Positions 27,101 to 35,595 of a stretch of 46,310 nt of DNA are shown piece by piece. The stretch lies in the NCBI GenBank assembly GCA_012455605.1, contig GCA_012455605.1_3618.2, one strand, 5' to 3'. Made by a program: the position numbers and the translations under genes. Position 1 is the first letter of the stretch. Each line of letters begins with the position of its first letter. The stretch comes from a phage. The notes below the pieces were generated by a model. The model was not told the DNA's origin. It was given only the letters and a program-made list of their open reading frames with translations, and searched no databases.

Positions 27101-29747
27101 ATCTATGTCTATGCAGATCCCAGTAACAAATGGGTACAAACGTGTTGTGATGATTATTAAGTGTGACTTAATAGGTAAACAAGTCCTTGCAGAAAACGGG
27201 ACCTCCACACATCCTTTTGAAATTGCTCTGCACTATCAGTTTGCTGACTCACCTTTTTCAGGAGATAAGAGAATATCTGATACAGATGCGCAGCGTTGTA
27301 AGAAGGTATTGTTGGGTGCAGGTTGGTGGTGGTATGAATTTGATTTAACAGACAAATTCACCGACACGTCAAAAGTTGTAACAGGACTTCGTCTAGACCT
27401 TGGCGAGAACATGCACAAAGCTGTTTGTGATGGCACCTATGGTGACCCTACAGTATATCTGAAGTATGTCTCTTTTGAGCATCCGGAAGATGTTGTTTAC
27501 GGTCCAAAACTGAGATTGTTTGGCAGTTGGATTGCAAAAGACAGGGTAGGCATGGGTAAAAAGGTAAGAGGGTTCTTGGTTGATGCAGGAACAGAAGACA
27601 TGCTGGTTAATGCAGTGTGGCCTGAATTACCTGGGACTCAGTGGGATAACTCAGCCAAGTCTATAAACTGGTTCAACATTCACAGAGCTATGTGGACCAC
27701 TAACTGCTATTTGTGGAGAGAGCTTAACGATCAGGCTTTTGGCTTCAGTAACGGCAGAAGGATGGCGATCATTTGCTGGACAACGCTGCAAAGATGTTAT
27801 GACCATGACTACGAGATTGGGGGCAGGGCATGGAAAAACATCAGGGATAGAATCATAACCAATTTTGCAGACGACAACGGCGGTGGAGCATATAACTTCG
27901 GCACAAGTAGACTTATTCACTTGAATGGGTCATCCGCGTATAAGAAAGAGGGTTACTCCGGATCCATGATCGAGTGGGGTCTGGTGAAAGATGCTCGCGT
28001 GCTGATGGGTCAACAACTTGCTGCTGCAATAGGTCCTAATGCAGTGCAATCTGTTAAACCTGCGTGGTTTGATATCCCATTGTGGTCATCCGGTACACCA
28101 GGAACTGCTGCAATCAACCCTACCACGGGGGATCTGGAAATCTCTTGGGAGGACTTGAAGCAGGTTGGAGGCTGGGATAAAACAGGGTATCAGGTCCAGT
28201 GGTGGAGGGCTGATGGATCTTTAGCCGCTGATGAGTTTGTTAAGGACAATTTCTACACCATGTCCTCTGCAAAAGCACAGCAATTATTTGGTCAGGCCAC
28301 TCCGTCAACGATCACCATGTCTATGTGCTGTAAAGACAACAGGACTGGAGCTTTGGGGCCAAGGGTTGCTAAGGTTTTCTCAGGTATTAAATGGAATCTC
28401 CCTGTTCAAAGTGTTTCATGGAAGCAAATAGGTGATAACAAGCTGCTGGTTACCCCTGCCTGTCAGTTCAACGCAACTCTTAACGTTGATCCTGCTGTTG
28501 CGGCAAACTCAGCTAAAGCTTCTGACTTCTCTGTGTCTAACACTGCTATGGCAGATGTGAGGAAGATTGACACACTGAACGCCAGAATTACCTGTAAAAA
28601 CACTTATGGCACATTCCAAATCATCAACAACTTCACAGATGCTGATTCTAAGGTAGTAAGGACAGCAAGCCAGACTCTGAGTTTAGGGACTCTGGCCTAT
28701 GCGGCCCTGATCACCGAACAGTCGGCAACACTCCAAGGAGGCGGTGCAGGCAAGTCCATTGCAACACCTGTGTGGAAGCCGAATGAGTGGGTTGTGTTTG
28801 ATTTGACTGTGGACTTCTCCAGTGATAATAACTGGACATGGGTAAGGAATTGTTTGTCACAGTTGATGGGCGGTCCAAGCTCCATTAGCGATAGTCACGA
28901 CTCTACTGACCCGAGCGTGTTCCAGGTGGGTAAAACTCACCCAGAGACTGGAGAAACGTTGCCTGACAGGAAGTATGCTTTGGTTTGCATCTCTTACGGG
29001 AAGGCAGATGTCACCTTCTCAGGGACACACACTTATAACGGAACCTACAACTTCTCAAGGAAGTATAGTCTCAAAGCAGGGAACATTGTAGACGAGGTTG
29101 GTGTGCTGTATAATCCAGGTAACGGCATAGGGATTGTGGGTGGTAAACTGCAGATGCAGGAACCTTCTATTACCCCTTCCAACGTATCCGGTATTAGAAA
29201 GACTTGGGAAAGTAGTAATACCAACATTGCAACAGTGGATGCTGCCACAGGGCTGGTAACATTTAAAGCTACTGGGAATGTCACCATAAAGTTTGTAGTT
29301 ACTGATGATGCAGGGCGCAAAACGTCTTCAACATCTTTTACTGTCAAACAGATGGCACCACAGTGGAGAATGTGGATAGGTACAGCAACAAACGGGGCAT
29401 ACCCTAATCCGGCAGGTACTTCTGGTATGAAGACTTTCTCTACAAGCAAACCGATGGAGTACGGCAGCGGTCCTAAGGTAGGGCAGATGGTGTACTTTGG
29501 TGCGTATATTCCTGAAATTATAGGGCTTCCTAGAAGTCAGCTTCAGTTGCTGTTTGGGGCTGGTGTTGACGATCTTGCCACTTTCGGGTATAGCGACAAC
29601 ATCGAGGCTGCAAGGAGTTCAGGATGGGTAGGGTTCAGAATGGAGTCTGGAAAGGAAGGCAGGATTCTAGGGACAGCCTCTATAGGTGTTATGTTCCCTG
29701 GTGACCAGCAGTATCGTCTAGAAGCCTACGCAACCTTTTCTCGTTAA
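24114..29747 (+). CDS. Giant virion/tail-associated protein (1877 aa) with C-terminal bacterial Ig-like (Big_2) domain
   Basis: Longest ORF in the window. Big_2-like segment ITPSNVSGIRKTWESSNTNIATVDAATGLVTFKATGNVTIKFVVTDDAGRKTSSTSFTV near the C-terminus. Last gene of the plus-strand structural block. Confidence 0.5.
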   Translation: MLPIPLLKLGRHFLDKRGGIKELAVLSYPIDNSDGTSNTVSYVNSLAILFDDGQLNITGYNRFGECRTGDLDTINYPNEAAWNVDHVWRADRAFVIRTFDNKFFYIGCTAGLIGSEAAGGNDVCVREWTPLPEQIVTGLHLDTHPERLVEVMGGVNNTVWVIAAPEADGMLHLYGSGNNTYGSLHVDKNQHATPVKIGETSENPETGPWKNPSINCEVHDNSVIFGGPRGFWIAGYDFLRNNSRNDLVWPPVQITRNDLRGIPADEEWKGFMCGPNGAIIATQRMHRPDDQQLVNVFYGQNIWGDDTWRELNITYTHEVIMARGYGTSGIFFNNGTKQYRGFSRNLCNDIGAQSANNSPRSDFIHYQALATAKYVEQRLPVSWTESVYFQGIHREGFLGTFTVVNGKLWWSGIPRGSFAGSNNLFGGRLNSQGFTEVPENWYKNVPVDSWGVDDIFDVNGVSSVSNIYIGDTVKMKLKPQPEGATFIIDKIELVNAAGTVVTDANYQFSTNWNHGGANEVVVTQYNRNVNRRGLYSVKITYHDKHGTGRTHTTRTLNWNTIVPAYPSDGKWHTVGRNKQFHVNDTVYFGLNGTQPAVEGDTSYMVRLHRMDAGSVTYDVTQEIYDQRRNTYNNLVQTQAVWEFNPNGRGGKMLQVNEQNGTSLTVHEHPDPWPDPGKPHPGARTLKIVSHDAGYFGIRWEATVRYADGTTNNIGITLGGTSEDNSLKIAYTPRGISIDNMDVVRNGYGDVNIKVTLGEHLGGERIIMYAFDHDPRTDGTYADQAWSYLISAPEPNTKEFYYGMKRDVCKKTGTHDWIAICVKDERTAWDEPVNRWFIGIPTRSDKYVEEYIVCMGGTNLNMCWNEDANKYSDYDYMRDYSCNQWFNQTGYANRQSRVNPAIFTDTQVFLTKQANEVQTFKNKYDPNKWFYNCYGAFFWGPGELPNGGSCFEASTYASDYIMGQVKKYKIIPGPETLGNAVDPYIIMTALRSNMDGTSMSMQIPVTNGYKRVVMIIKCDLIGKQVLAENGTSTHPFEIALHYQFADSPFSGDKRISDTDAQRCKKVLLGAGWWWYEFDLTDKFTDTSKVVTGLRLDLGENMHKAVCDGTYGDPTVYLKYVSFEHPEDVVYGPKLRLFGSWIAKDRVGMGKKVRGFLVDAGTEDMLVNAVWPELPGTQWDNSAKSINWFNIHRAMWTTNCYLWRELNDQAFGFSNGRRMAIICWTTLQRCYDHDYEIGGRAWKNIRDRIITNFADDNGGGAYNFGTSRLIHLNGSSAYKKEGYSGSMIEWGLVKDARVLMGQQLAAAIGPNAVQSVKPAWFDIPLWSSGTPGTAAINPTTGDLEISWEDLKQVGGWDKTGYQVQWWRADGSLAADEFVKDNFYTMSSAKAQQLFGQATPSTITMSMCCKDNRTGALGPRVAKVFSGIKWNLPVQSVSWKQIGDNKLLVTPACQFNATLNVDPAVAANSAKASDFSVSNTAMADVRKIDTLNARITCKNTYGTFQIINNFTDADSKVVRTASQTLSLGTLAYAALITEQSATLQGGGAGKSIATPVWKPNEWVVFDLTVDFSSDNNWTWVRNCLSQLMGGPSSISDSHDSTDPSVFQVGKTHPETGETLPDRKYALVCISYGKADVTFSGTHTYNGTYNFSRKYSLKAGNIVDEVGVLYNPGNGIGIVGGKLQMQEPSITPSNVSGIRKTWESSNTNIATVDAATGLVTFKATGNVTIKFVVTDDAGRKTSSTSFTVKQMAPQWRMWIGTATNGAYPNPAGTSGMKTFSTSKPMEYGSGPKVGQMVYFGAYIPEIIGLPRSQLQLLFGAGVDDLATFGYSDNIEAARSSGWVGFRMESGKEGRILGTASIGVMFPGDQQYRLEAYATFSR

Positions 29748-29760
29748 CAAGGGGGTAAAT

Positions 29761-29793
29761 AAAAAAAGGGGCCGTTTGGCCCCTTTCTTTTTA
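29761..29793. terminator. Bidirectional intrinsic terminator between convergent blocks
   Basis: A7-GGGGCC-gttt-GGCCCC-TTTCTTTTTA: perfect 6-bp GC stem flanked by A-run upstream and T-run downstream, between plus gene ending 29747 and minus gene ending 29797. Confidence 0.85.
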
Positions 29794-29796
29794 TAG

Positions 29797-29997
29797 TTAG
29801 TAATACTCCCAACATGCCCCATCTTCAGACGGCTTGACGCGCTTACCTTTATGGTCAACATAGGTATAGCCACAACCTTCACAAATAACAGGTGCTGCAT
29901 AGCCTTCCTTCCACTGATCCTCAGTGATCAGACCTTCCAAATCTTTGCAGTCAAAGCCAAACAACTCTTCAGAGCAATCTTTACAAAAATCAGCCAT
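29797..29997 (-). CDS. Small zinc-ribbon protein
   Basis: 66 aa with CxxC...CxxC (CKDC ... CEGC) spacing; ATG with GAGGA RBS; last gene of the minus-strand cassette. Confidence 0.5.
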   Translation of the reverse strand: MADFCKDCSEELFGFDCKDLEGLITEDQWKEGYAAPVICEGCGYTYVDHKGKRVKPSEDGACWEYY

Positions 29998-30000
29998 TTA

Positions 30001-30447
30001 TCAGTCCTCGCATTTAACAAATTTTTCTACAGATCCACCAAGCACAGCTTGTTGTTTGATGGCACTTTCTTCATCATAGTGGATAGACTTATGTTCCGTA
30101 CCTCCAAACTTACCTGTGTGGAAGGTGTGCACCCAAATCTCTTTAGGAAGGGATTTATTCTCTTCTTCCACCAACTCCCACATTCCCCATAAGTGATCTG
30201 TGATATCTCTGATGAAATATCCCTCGCCGAGGTTTGTATTCACACTATAAGCTGATTCGTGATCTCCACAAATATAACGGAAGGCGGTGTACTCTTTCCC
30301 TGGCGTGAAGTGGGTATCCATTAGTATAGCTGTTAAAGAATTAGGGTCTCGAAATCCCAAAAACTTTAGTTTAACAATTTCGACGTTCACATTTGCAAGA
30401 TTATCCATGACGATCTCCCCTGTTTGGTTGGTGAGATAATCATACAT
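30001..30447 (-). CDS. Hypothetical protein
   Basis: 148 aa ORF; its stop is adjacent to the start of the Zn-ribbon gene; no family recognised. Confidence 0.5.
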   Translation of the reverse strand: MYDYLTNQTGEIVMDNLANVNVEIVKLKFLGFRDPNSLTAILMDTHFTPGKEYTAFRYICGDHESAYSVNTNLGEGYFIRDITDHLWGMWELVEEENKSLPKEIWVHTFHTGKFGGTEHKSIHYDEESAIKQQAVLGGSVEKFVKCED

Positions 30448-30545
30448 AGATCTGATGTTGGGGTCAAGCTTAATTTTAAACGATTTTGGGGAGGTATTTT
30501 GTTCAGGAGGGTAATCACATAAGGTAGGGCAATTTATGAAGGCAC

Positions 30546-30563
30546 AGGCCTCGTTTGAGGCCT
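30546..30563 (-). other. Intergenic stem-loop without U-tract
   Basis: AGGCCTC-gttt-GAGGCCT perfect 7-bp stem, 10 nt downstream of the stop of gene 30573-30953 on the minus strand. Confidence 0.4.
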
Positions 30564-30572
30564 TAAAACAGA

Positions 30573-30953
30573 TTATGACGCTTTGACGTAGCGCTCTGAC
30601 AAAGCTGGGAAGCCAAAAGCAGCACCTACACTACCGTACGCTATCCACCATTGAAGTTCATCGTGACACCATTTTCCGATCAGAAAGGTGCTTGGGTAGC
30701 GGGTCAGTATTTTGGCATAAGCTTTAGGGTCTGCATCTTCTGGGATAATGATGCTTGGAACATCTTTGTTGTGACCACAGCAGCAGTTTAGAGTTTTCAA
30801 TCCTGCTGCCCATAGACTCATAATAGGCTTAACCATGCACTTATCAAGGCACACACGTTTTTTGCCGTCACGGAGCTTTTTAGGCACATCAACGATAACA
30901 TTTGGATGCTTGGCACCTTTCACTTTCCAATTATAGGATTTACACTTGCACAT
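30573..30953 (-). CDS. Cys-rich putative zinc-binding protein
   Basis: 126 aa; MCKCKSY...CLDKC...NCCCGHN cysteine clusters; GGAG RBS 9 nt upstream of ATG. Confidence 0.5.
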   Translation of the reverse strand: MCKCKSYNWKVKGAKHPNVIVDVPKKLRDGKKRVCLDKCMVKPIMSLWAAGLKTLNCCCGHNKDVPSIIIPEDADPKAYAKILTRYPSTFLIGKWCHDELQWWIAYGSVGAAFGFPALSERYVKAS

Positions 30954-31080
30954 TTAATCAGTCTCCGTCTAGAAAGCTATGTAACTAAAAATGACGCACA
31001 AAACTACCTAGCAATGCAATCTTATACCTGCGGTGAGTTAAGTGCGCTGCAGGGGCTCCTGTTGCGTTTTAAGTCATATC

Positions 31081-31251
31081 TTACTTAAAGTCTTTATCAC
31101 CTGCCACGATTGCATGAATCCACTCATTGTGATGCTCAATAGCGGTGAGATGTAGCATGATGTAGTGATCGTCATTGCCAAACATGGTATGATAGGCTTT
31201 GGCAGCATTTTGATATAACTTCCACATCAGGTAATGATATCTTCGCCTCAT
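31081..31251 (-). CDS. Small His-rich protein (56 aa), absent from the ORF track
   Basis: Hand translation of the minus strand gives MRRRYHYLMWKLYQNAAKAYHTMFGNDDHYIMLHLTAIEHHNEWIHAIVAGDKDFK. ATG lies 5 nt after the stop of the HAD-like gene, GGAG 8 nt upstream; fills an otherwise ~300-bp gap. Confidence 0.35.
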   Translation of the reverse strand: MRRRYHYLMWKLYQNAAKAYHTMFGNDDHYIMLHLTAIEHHNEWIHAIVAGDKDFK

Positions 31252-31256
31252 GGCTC

Positions 31257-31721
31257 TTACTCCGGTTCAGGATCTGGGTAATCTTCAATAATAAAGGGCC
31301 ATCCGTTCCGCTTAGCCTCAGACTTATACTCGATCTCCTTCATTGCAAACTCTAACTGATTCTTAGCCGGAATACATGCCGGAGAATCATCAATCCAGAT
31401 ATCTGGGTAGATATCAAACTGCGCCAGATAGGCTGCCTTCTGAACACCACCAGTATAAAACACACCAACATTGAGCTCCTTGCGCCAATACTCGATGTCT
31501 ACATTGTCTTGAGTAATGAATCGGAAAGTCACAAGGTAGACTGTCCACCCCTCTTTCTTCAGATCCCTGATCAGGCGGGAGAAGATGAAAGGGCTCGCAT
31601 TAAACGTTCCATCAAAGTCAATGGCAATGATGTGCGTGCCGTGGCGAGTCTCATATGGATTGCTTGTGGTAAGATTGCTGTAGTTAAAAGGGACCTCTTC
31701 CCCGCAGTAGCTGTAGTCCAT
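31257..31721 (-). CDS. HAD-superfamily hydrolase (phosphatase/nucleotidase-like)
   Basis: Motif I IIAIDFDGT, Thr in VYLVTF, Lys in GGVQKAAY, motif IV IWIDDSP. Start set at ATG 31721 (track GTG at 31727 overlaps upstream stop). Confidence 0.6.
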   Translation of the reverse strand: MDYSYCGEEVPFNYSNLTTSNPYETRHGTHIIAIDFDGTFNASPFIFSRLIRDLKKEGWTVYLVTFRFITQDNVDIEYWRKELNVGVFYTGGVQKAAYLAQFDIYPDIWIDDSPACIPAKNQLEFAMKEIEYKSEAKRNGWPFIIEDYPDPEPE

Positions 31722-31723
31722 AT

Positions 31724-31999
31724 TCACACCTTCTCGTTGATAAATTTACGGGCGGTTTGGTGAGTTGTTTCTGCTGTCTTCAGAATAATATTAATTTTAT
31801 CGTCAAGATCATTCATCTCAGCAGTTAATTCAGGAATCTCTCCGGCATGCATAGTGAAATCATACATAGACATGCCCAGAATCTCATTGATGCGACGGTT
31901 GCATTCTGCAGCACGCTGGTTCATTTTCCAAGCTAACACCAAAGCCTCCTGCGTAGCCTCTAGTGCAAAATCTAATACGTCGGCCTCTTCTTTCGTCAT
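31724..31999 (-). CDS. Hypothetical protein
   Basis: 91 aa, AGGAG RBS 8 nt upstream of ATG; coupled to the HAD-like gene. Confidence 0.5.
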   Translation of the reverse strand: MTKEEADVLDFALEATQEALVLAWKMNQRAAECNRRINEILGMSMYDFTMHAGEIPELTAEMNDLDDKINIILKTAETTHQTARKFINEKV

Positions 32000-32054
32000 C
32001 TCAGTTTCTCCTGTTGTATTGTTGGTAGGTGTATGAATACCTTATATCTCACTT

Positions 32055-32621
32055 TTATTCAAACTGCAATAGCAAGTCCACCACCGCACTAGGCCTGTCA
32101 ACAAATTCCCCAGGCCCACATGCCCATAGAGGGTATCCATCAACATACCGCCATATCCAACCTGCAGTGTGAAGCTCAAGCAGGGCAGTGCCGTCCTTAC
32201 TGTCAACCACCCTTTCCCACAGTGTTGGGCAGCGAAGCTTGAGAATCGGGTCCCCGCCCTTATACCCATCCATGTAGATACCCATTGCAAAGTTCAGCAT
32301 CATCTTTTTGTGCACTGATCTCTTACTGAGGGTGCTCATCACTTCCTCTTTGTGAATGTTTGTAAGCTTCTCTTTGGCTACCCGCAGATCATTGCAACCA
32401 TTGTTCAGCAGATCTTCCAGACACTTGATCCGAAGGTCGTGAATGTCTTTGTCGTGTACAGTTGGCACGGGGTCGTAGCGGTATAGCACCGTTGATACAA
32501 GGTTGCTCGGGTGTGGGTCTGACAGCAACCCATAGCCCCAATACTCTTCTGTATCTGAAAGGACAAGACACCCAATGTCTCTGTCAAGCTTTCCTGTGTT
32601 GTAAGCCACATTGACCGCCAT
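32055..32621 (-). CDS. Hypothetical protein
   Basis: 188 aa ORF with GGAG RBS; no family recognised. Confidence 0.5.
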   Translation of the reverse strand: MAVNVAYNTGKLDRDIGCLVLSDTEEYWGYGLLSDPHPSNLVSTVLYRYDPVPTVHDKDIHDLRIKCLEDLLNNGCNDLRVAKEKLTNIHKEEVMSTLSKRSVHKKMMLNFAMGIYMDGYKGGDPILKLRCPTLWERVVDSKDGTALLELHTAGWIWRYVDGYPLWACGPGEFVDRPSAVVDLLLQFE

Positions 32622-32623
32622 GA

Positions 32624-32869
32624 CTATAGCTCCACTAGCAAAGTGCTTTCAAAGTGCCGTTCATGCAAACCGTTGTAAGGGACCACTTCCACAACGCCAT
32701 CACGGACATATGGGGCCATCATGGTGGTATAATCTCCAAACGGGTTGGTATTGTCACTAACCACAACCACCTTCTGCCCTTCCTTGGCAGAGTGCCAAAT
32801 AGATCTGCACTTCATCAGGTGTTCGAGAGCCCCAGGTAAAATTTTGTTACGTTCTTTACGGGTCTTCAT
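32624..32869 (-). CDS. Hypothetical protein
   Basis: 81 aa; start overlaps upstream stop (ATGA). Confidence 0.45.
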   Translation of the reverse strand: MKTRKERNKILPGALEHLMKCRSIWHSAKEGQKVVVVSDNTNPFGDYTTMMAPYVRDGVVEVVPYNGLHERHFESTLLVEL

Positions 32870-33315
32870 AACAGGTATAGCTCCTTATGAAAGTAGTCTT
32901 TTAATTTCTCACTGAGAAACTTCTTGATACCTTCCTCTAAAGTGTTTTCGATGTAGTCCAGCTTAACTGCTTCGATGGACATATCATAGATCGCCAGCTC
33001 TAAGCTGTCAAGTCCCATCATAGCATGAACCATAAGATTTTCATCTTCAGATACATTCAGGGGACTTCCTATAACATCCGTAGGGAGGATAGTTTCCCAA
33101 TTATTCTGGGGGGTAGTTCTCCCGCCATCCACTTTACGGCGCAGTTCGAAGGTGTTCTTAGTGTAGAACACTTCATAAGAAACGATACGACTATCGCTCT
33201 CATAATAAACGAAGTTCAGGTAGGAGCCTAGCCGCAGTCGGCAAACTTCTACCCCAAACCATTGTTTCTTATAAGAATTCAGGCTAATGCTGTCACATTC
33301 ACGTTTGCTCAACAC
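32866..33315 (-). CDS. Hypothetical protein
   Basis: 149 aa; GTG start 6 nt after AAGGAG. Confidence 0.45.
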   Translation of the reverse strand: MLSKRECDSISLNSYKKQWFGVEVCRLRLGSYLNFVYYESDSRIVSYEVFYTKNTFELRRKVDGGRTTPQNNWETILPTDVIGSPLNVSEDENLMVHAMMGLDSLELAIYDMSIEAVKLDYIENTLEEGIKKFLSEKLKDYFHKELYLL

Positions 33316-33330
33316 GGCTCTCTCCTTTTG

Positions 33331-33564
33331 TTAATCTTCGTAAATCAGGATTTCTGCTTTAGGTTTTCGTGCTTTCAGGTCCAGCTCTATCCAGTGCACC
33401 ATAGCTGTTTCAAGAAAAACAGCTTGGATGCATCCGTCCTCAGCGTGCCCCACCAACATAACAAGATCTTCACCTTCGTCATCTGCATCACGAATATACA
33501 GAATCTCTCCAGATTCAAAGTCTTTCACAACCTGATTGCTGGATAATTTACGAATTTTTGCCAT
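33331..33564 (-). CDS. Hypothetical protein
   Basis: 77 aa; ATG 1 nt after upstream stop; acidic. Confidence 0.45.
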   Translation of the reverse strand: MAKIRKLSSNQVVKDFESGEILYIRDADDEGEDLVMLVGHAEDGCIQAVFLETAMVHWIELDLKARKPKAEILIYED

Positions 33565-33565
33565 A

Positions 33566-33829
33566 TCAGAAACCCTCTAAAAAGCTCTTGTAGAAAATAA
33601 TTTCAGTGTCCACACCTGTCACGATCTTATCGTTTCGGATCTCATCTGTGAGGTAGGTGTCAAAACGCAGAACCTGTGTGGTGTTGTCACACATCCACTC
33701 AGCTGTGACCATTGCGAAAATCTTAGCATCTTCATTATCTGGTGTGAATGTTACCACCTCACCACACTTAAACTTTTCGATAGGTTGAGTGTTGGCTTTC
33801 GGTTCTGCGATAGTGATTTTTGTGGTCAT
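33566..33829 (-). CDS. Hypothetical protein
   Basis: 87 aa; TAATG overlap with upstream gene. Confidence 0.45.
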   Translation of the reverse strand: MTTKITIAEPKANTQPIEKFKCGEVVTFTPDNEDAKIFAMVTAEWMCDNTTQVLRFDTYLTDEIRNDKIVTGVDTEIIFYKSFLEGF

Positions 33830-34095
33830 TACTCTTCCTCCATAGTTTCACCAAATACTTCGATACGAGCATCGAGCTCGGTTGCTTTCAGCTCCCCAAC
33901 AAAATCTTTTAGTTCTTTCTCGTCCAGATCGTAAGCCCACACACAAGAAGAACATGCAGATTTCACAATCAGCAGCGTAGATATACGGCCTGACTCCGTG
34001 ATCATGCTCACAATGGTTCCTACAGGGAACGTGTTGATAGCTTTTTTAACTGGGCGTTCAGCTTTGATTACTACCTCTGTTGTCATAAATAACAT
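33829..34095 (-). CDS. Hypothetical protein
   Basis: 88 aa; alternative in-frame ATG at 34086 has better RBS spacing. Confidence 0.4.
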   Translation of the reverse strand: MLFMTTEVVIKAERPVKKAINTFPVGTIVSMITESGRISTLLIVKSACSSCVWAYDLDEKELKDFVGELKATELDARIEVFGETMEEE

Positions 34096-34101
34096 CCTCT
34101 C

Positions 34102-35562
34102 TTACTTAGCGTACTCGATTAATTCCACAGTTTTCCCAAAGCTCGGAATATAATTTTTATTATACCCTTCGGTGAGAACCCATAGAGTATCGTACTTTTT
34201 CCACTTGTTGTCAACAGCCTTTTGTTCAAAGTTATGCTCAAAGTATAGGTCGGTCAGGACGATGACATCTTTTGCATTCGGTATGTTAGCATCCAGATAC
34301 TCGAACACGCAAGCAGCTGTTGTGCCCCATGTTGAGTGGACCTCATAGTTAATCATCTTGTCTATGTTGCCGCGAGTGTATACTTTAACCTCTCCAACCT
34401 CAGTTGACCAACAGAACATTGTAACCTTAAACTCTTTATACAGATTGCACAATCCGGTGATTTCATTGAACATTTTCTTTAAAGTTCTTTGAGAGATCGA
34501 GCCAGAAACGTCTAAAGCCACCACAATATCTATAGTGTTTTCCGGATTACGACCAGGAACAATAACGTGCTGGTTCTTGTTTATAGCCCCAACTTTTCGC
34601 ATTGTGCTGGTCAAAGACCCAGATCGGCGACCAGGTTTTCTGTAGGTCAGTTCAGCCTTTCGTTTAGACAACATGCGTTGCTTAATGATGTCTATATAGT
34701 TGATTACAGGCTTACCTCTGTTCTTGACAAACTCACGCACCGCCTCAGGGCAACGGCCTCCGGACGCTTGCATTGCTGCCTCCAGCATATCACCAGAGTC
34801 CTGCATGGCCTGATCTTTATCAGATTGGCTGATTACAGGTTGTGGCTGATCATACCCCATAGCTTTTCCAAGATCATCACTAGTGCCACCGTTACCACTC
34901 ATGTGATCGTCGGTTTGTCGTTTATCTCCTTGAGAGTTCTTGCCTTTACCGTTCTTACTTTTACCGCTATTCTGATCTCTTTGCTTATCAAGAACCGCAT
35001 AGACGTTCTCAGCAATCCATCCATGGAACCTCATGTCACAGTAGCAACTAGCTAAGAATCCAAAAGGCTTACCTTTCACGAACGTAGTGCTTTTCCCCTT
35101 CGGGAAGAAAACACAAGGAGGCTTGCTAAAGTCAACCACAAGACCTGTGTTGATAACGTGATCACAAGCAATATTGAACAGTTCCGGCTCAAAGCTTTTA
35201 CCACGGACCAGGTGATCACAGATAATATGCCCCACCTCATGTGACAGAAGGAAGGCCACCTCTTTCACAGATTTTGGGGAATAGAAAACTTCAGCCATCT
35301 CAAACTGCTCGTCAGTTAGAGAAGCCTTAAGAATAGTCTTGCGTTCATCAGCCAATCCCATAATGAACTCAGGACTGTAATAAATGCGTTTATGGTCGGT
35401 TGCCATGGTGGAGCACCATGTGTGGTTTTCTACGAACTGCAACCCTGACAGTAGTGTGCCATAAAACGGCAGCTTTTCAAGGAGATACATACGTGCAGCC
35501 TGTAACATTCTCAGGGCATCATCTTTCTGTGAGGCAATGATTTCTGAACTTCTGCTATCCAT
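34102..35562 (-). CDS. VWA-domain protein with N-terminal HExxH metallopeptidase-like domain (DUF2201-type)
   Basis: HEVGH at 35227-35241 (minus); VWA MIDAS motif ALDVSGSIS at ~34501-34530, downstream Thr and VIVLTDLYFE. Central Gly/Ser/Lys/Asp-rich linker. Start set at ATG 35562 (GGAG 5 nt upstream); track TTG start at 35583 sits in a hairpin. Confidence 0.7.
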   Translation of the reverse strand: MDSRSSEIIASQKDDALRMLQAARMYLLEKLPFYGTLLSGLQFVENHTWCSTMATDHKRIYYSPEFIMGLADERKTILKASLTDEQFEMAEVFYSPKSVKEVAFLLSHEVGHIICDHLVRGKSFEPELFNIACDHVINTGLVVDFSKPPCVFFPKGKSTTFVKGKPFGFLASCYCDMRFHGWIAENVYAVLDKQRDQNSGKSKNGKGKNSQGDKRQTDDHMSGNGGTSDDLGKAMGYDQPQPVISQSDKDQAMQDSGDMLEAAMQASGGRCPEAVREFVKNRGKPVINYIDIIKQRMLSKRKAELTYRKPGRRSGSLTSTMRKVGAINKNQHVIVPGRNPENTIDIVVALDVSGSISQRTLKKMFNEITGLCNLYKEFKVTMFCWSTEVGEVKVYTRGNIDKMINYEVHSTWGTTAACVFEYLDANIPNAKDVIVLTDLYFEHNFEQKAVDNKWKKYDTLWVLTEGYNKNYIPSFGKTVELIEYAK

Positions 35563-35595
35563 TAAAACTCCAGAAGGGGCCAATGGCCCCTGTCA

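Noticed and set aside
30536-30586. 16-codon plus-strand ORF (MKAQASFEALKQIMTL) in the 30448-30572 intergenic region
   Set aside because: Very short, overlaps the 3' end of a minus-strand gene and the stem-loop; more likely chance than a micro-peptide.
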